Positions 61,901 to 64,000 of a stretch of 64,000 nt of DNA are shown in pieces. The notes beneath the pieces were generated by a model. The model saw only the letters and a list, made by a program, of their open reading frames with translations, searched no databases and was not told where the DNA came from. The stretch covers positions 369,322 through 433,321 of the forward strand of contig CAXHJY010000738.1 of the NCBI GenBank assembly GCA_964016885.1, read 5' to 3'. Position numbers and translations under genes: made by a program. This DNA comes from Eledone cirrhosa. Taxonomy: Eukaryota. The stretch's first letter is position 1, and each line of letters opens with the position of its first letter.

Positions 61901-64000
61901 AGTAGGTATTTTAGAGTACAGTAGGTATATTACAGTACAGTAGGTATATTACAGTACAGTAGGTATTACAGTAGGTATATTACAGTACAGTAGGTATATT
62001 ACAGTACAGTATGTATATTACAGTACACTAGATATATTACAGTACAGTAGGTATATTACAGTACAGTAGATATATTACAGTACAGTAGGTATAATACAGT
62101 ACAGTAGGTATATTACAGTACAGTAGGTATATTACAGTACAGTAGGTATATTACACTACAGTAGATATATTACAGTACAGTAATTATATTACACTACAGT
62201 AGATATATTACAGTACAGTAGATATATTACAGTACAGTAGGTATATTACAGTACAGTAGGTATATTACAGTACATTAGGTATATTACAATACACTATGTA
62301 TATTACAGTACGGTAGATAGATTACAGTACAGTAGGTATATTACAGTACAGTAGATATATTACAGTACAGTAGGTATATTACAGTACAGAAGGTATATTA
62401 CAGTACACTAGGTATATTACAGTACAGTAGGTATATTACAGTACAGTAGATATATTACAGTAAAGTAGGTATATTACAGTACGGTAGGTATATTACAGTA
62501 CAGTAGATATATTACAGTACAGTAGGTATATTACAGTACAGTAGGTATATTACAGTACAGTAGATAGATTACAGTACAGTATGTATATTACAGTACAGTA
62601 GGTATATTACAGTACAGTAGATAGATTACAGTACATTATGTATATTACAGTACAGTAGGTATATTACAGTACAGTAGATATATTACAGTACAGTAGATAT
62701 ATTACAGTACAGTAGGTATATTACAGTACAGTAGGTATATTACAGTACAGTAGGTATAATACAGTACAGTAGATATATTACAGTACAGTAGATATATTAC
62801 AGTACAGTAGGTATATTACAGTACAGTAGGTATATTACAGTAGGTATAATACAGTACAGTAGATATATTACAGTACAGTAGATATATTACAGTACAGTAG
62901 GTATATTACAGTACAGTAGGTATATTAGAGTACAGTAGATATATTACAGTACAGTAGGTATATTACAGTACAGTAGGTATATTACAGTACAATATGTATA
63001 TTACAGTACAGTAGGTATATTACAGTACAGTAGGTTTATTACAGTACAATAGGTATATTACAGTACAGTAGTTATATTACAGTACAGTAGATATATTACT
63101 TTACAATAGATATATTACAATACAGTAGGTATATTACAGTACAGTAGGTATGTTACAGTACAGTAGGTATATTACAGTACAGTAGGTATATTACAGTACA
63201 GTAGGTATATTACAGTACACTAGGTATATTACAGTACTGTAGATATATTACAGTACAGTAGGTATATTACAGTACAGTAGATATATTACAGTACAGTAGG
63301 TATATTACAGTACAGTAGATATATTACAGTGCAGTAGATATATTACAGTACAGTAGGTATATTACAGTACAGTAGGTATATTACAGTACAGTAGGTATAT
63401 TACAGTACAGTAGGTATATTACAGTACAGTAGATATATTACAGTACAGTAGATATATTACAGTACAGTAGGTATATTACAGTACAGTAAGTATATTACAG
63501 TACAGTAGGCATAGTACACTAGGTATATTACAGTACAGTAGGTATAATCCAGTACAGTAGGTATATTACAGTACAGTAGGTATATTATAGTACAGTAGAT
63601 ATATTACAGTACAGTAGGTATATTACAGTACAGTAGGTATATTACAGTACAGTATGTATATTACAGTACAGTAGATATATTACAGTACAGTAGGTTTATT
63701 ACAGTACAGTAGATATATTACAGTACAGTAGGTATAATACAGTACTGTAGTTATATTACAGTACAGTAGGTATATTACAGTACAGTAGATATATTACAGT
63801 ACAGTAGATATATTACAGTACAGTAGGTATATTACAGTACAGTAGGTATATTACAGTACAGTAGGTATATTACAGTACAGTAGGTATATTACAGTACAGT
63901 AGGTATATTACAGTACAGTAGGTATATTACAGTACAGTAGATATATTACAGTACAGTAGGTATATTACAGTACAGTAGGTATATTACAGTACAGTAGGTA

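Larger units (their letters stand above)
39350..63200. repeat. Three copies of a 7-8.5 kb higher-order block: A ~39350-47840, B ~47840-55000, C ~55120-63200 (C also includes a homolog of 38140-39350)
   Basis: gatgtattaccg 39583/48071/56585; tatgacag (g at 39761/48249/56763); tcaatg 40221/48709/57223; actttacaat 47647/54793/63098; cagaggcta 47786/54932; gtagagtaggtatattagag 38193/55195. Confidence 0.92.
1..64000. repeat. 19-bp tandem satellite/minisatellite array, consensus TAG(G/A)TATATTACAGTACAG, ~3,370 monomers, extends past both window edges
   Basis: Read directly: every line is made of this monomer with scattered substitutions and rare short indels. No unique sequence and no orientation switch were seen. 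Copy number is estimated as 64000/19. Confidence 0.99.

Noticed and set aside
1-64000. Protein-coding repeat ORF on either strand
   Set aside because: TAG on + and TAA on - occur in each monomer. The 19-bp period puts a stop in every frame about every 57 bp, and variants remove only isolated stops.
1-64000. CRISPR array or other repeat-spacer system
   Set aside because: Monomers abut directly with no unique spacers, leader or cas genes.
1-64000. Telomerase-made telomeric tract (TAGG core, occasional TTAGG, G>C strand skew)
   Set aside because: TTAGG arises only as a sporadic variant. Multi-kb blocks copied together with their rare variants indicate recombination or replication-based amplification, not templated addition. 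A subtelomeric location is not excluded.
1-64000. TATAAT/TATATT as -10 or TATA boxes; CAG/TAG-GTA as splice signals
   Set aside because: These are by-products of the monomer sequence, repeated thousands of times with no gene context.
1-64000. G/A dimorphism at monomer position 4 as an information-bearing binary code or a fixed dimer/trimer higher-order repeat
   Set aside because: Run patterns recur only where blocks are duplicated, and I saw no fixed short period. Descent explains the pattern, and nothing suggests a reading mechanism.
1-64000. Pure sequencing or synthetic artefact
   Set aside because: Rare variants recur in collinear order at constant offsets with nested, tree-like sharing, which random error would not give. 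False duplication of the most identical blocks remains possible.
1-64000. Assignment to a taxon or named satellite family
   Set aside because: It loosely resembles short AT-rich tandem arrays of animal (e.g. fish) genomes, but I do not recognise the monomer and cannot run a search.

Overview
The whole 64 kb is one uninterrupted, head-to-tail tandem array of a 19-bp AT-rich monomer, consensus TAG(G/A)TATATTACAGTACAG (~32% GC, about 3,370 copies, all in one orientation). It runs off both window edges. I see no genes, RNA genes, mobile elements or CRISPR spacers: each monomer carries a TAG on + and a TAA on -, and the 19-bp period moves these through all six frames. It looks like eukaryotic satellite/minisatellite DNA; I cannot name the organism or family. 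The real information is in the rare variant monomers. Used as markers, they show nested duplications from single monomers up to ~9.8 kb, a three-copy 7-8.5 kb block with a readable copy history, 5-bp slippage indels tied to an internal TACAG pentamer, and several recurrent variants that perfect quasi-palindromes. I find no evidence for a novel protein- or RNA-based system. Block boundaries are approximate (a few monomers); marker offsets were counted by hand.
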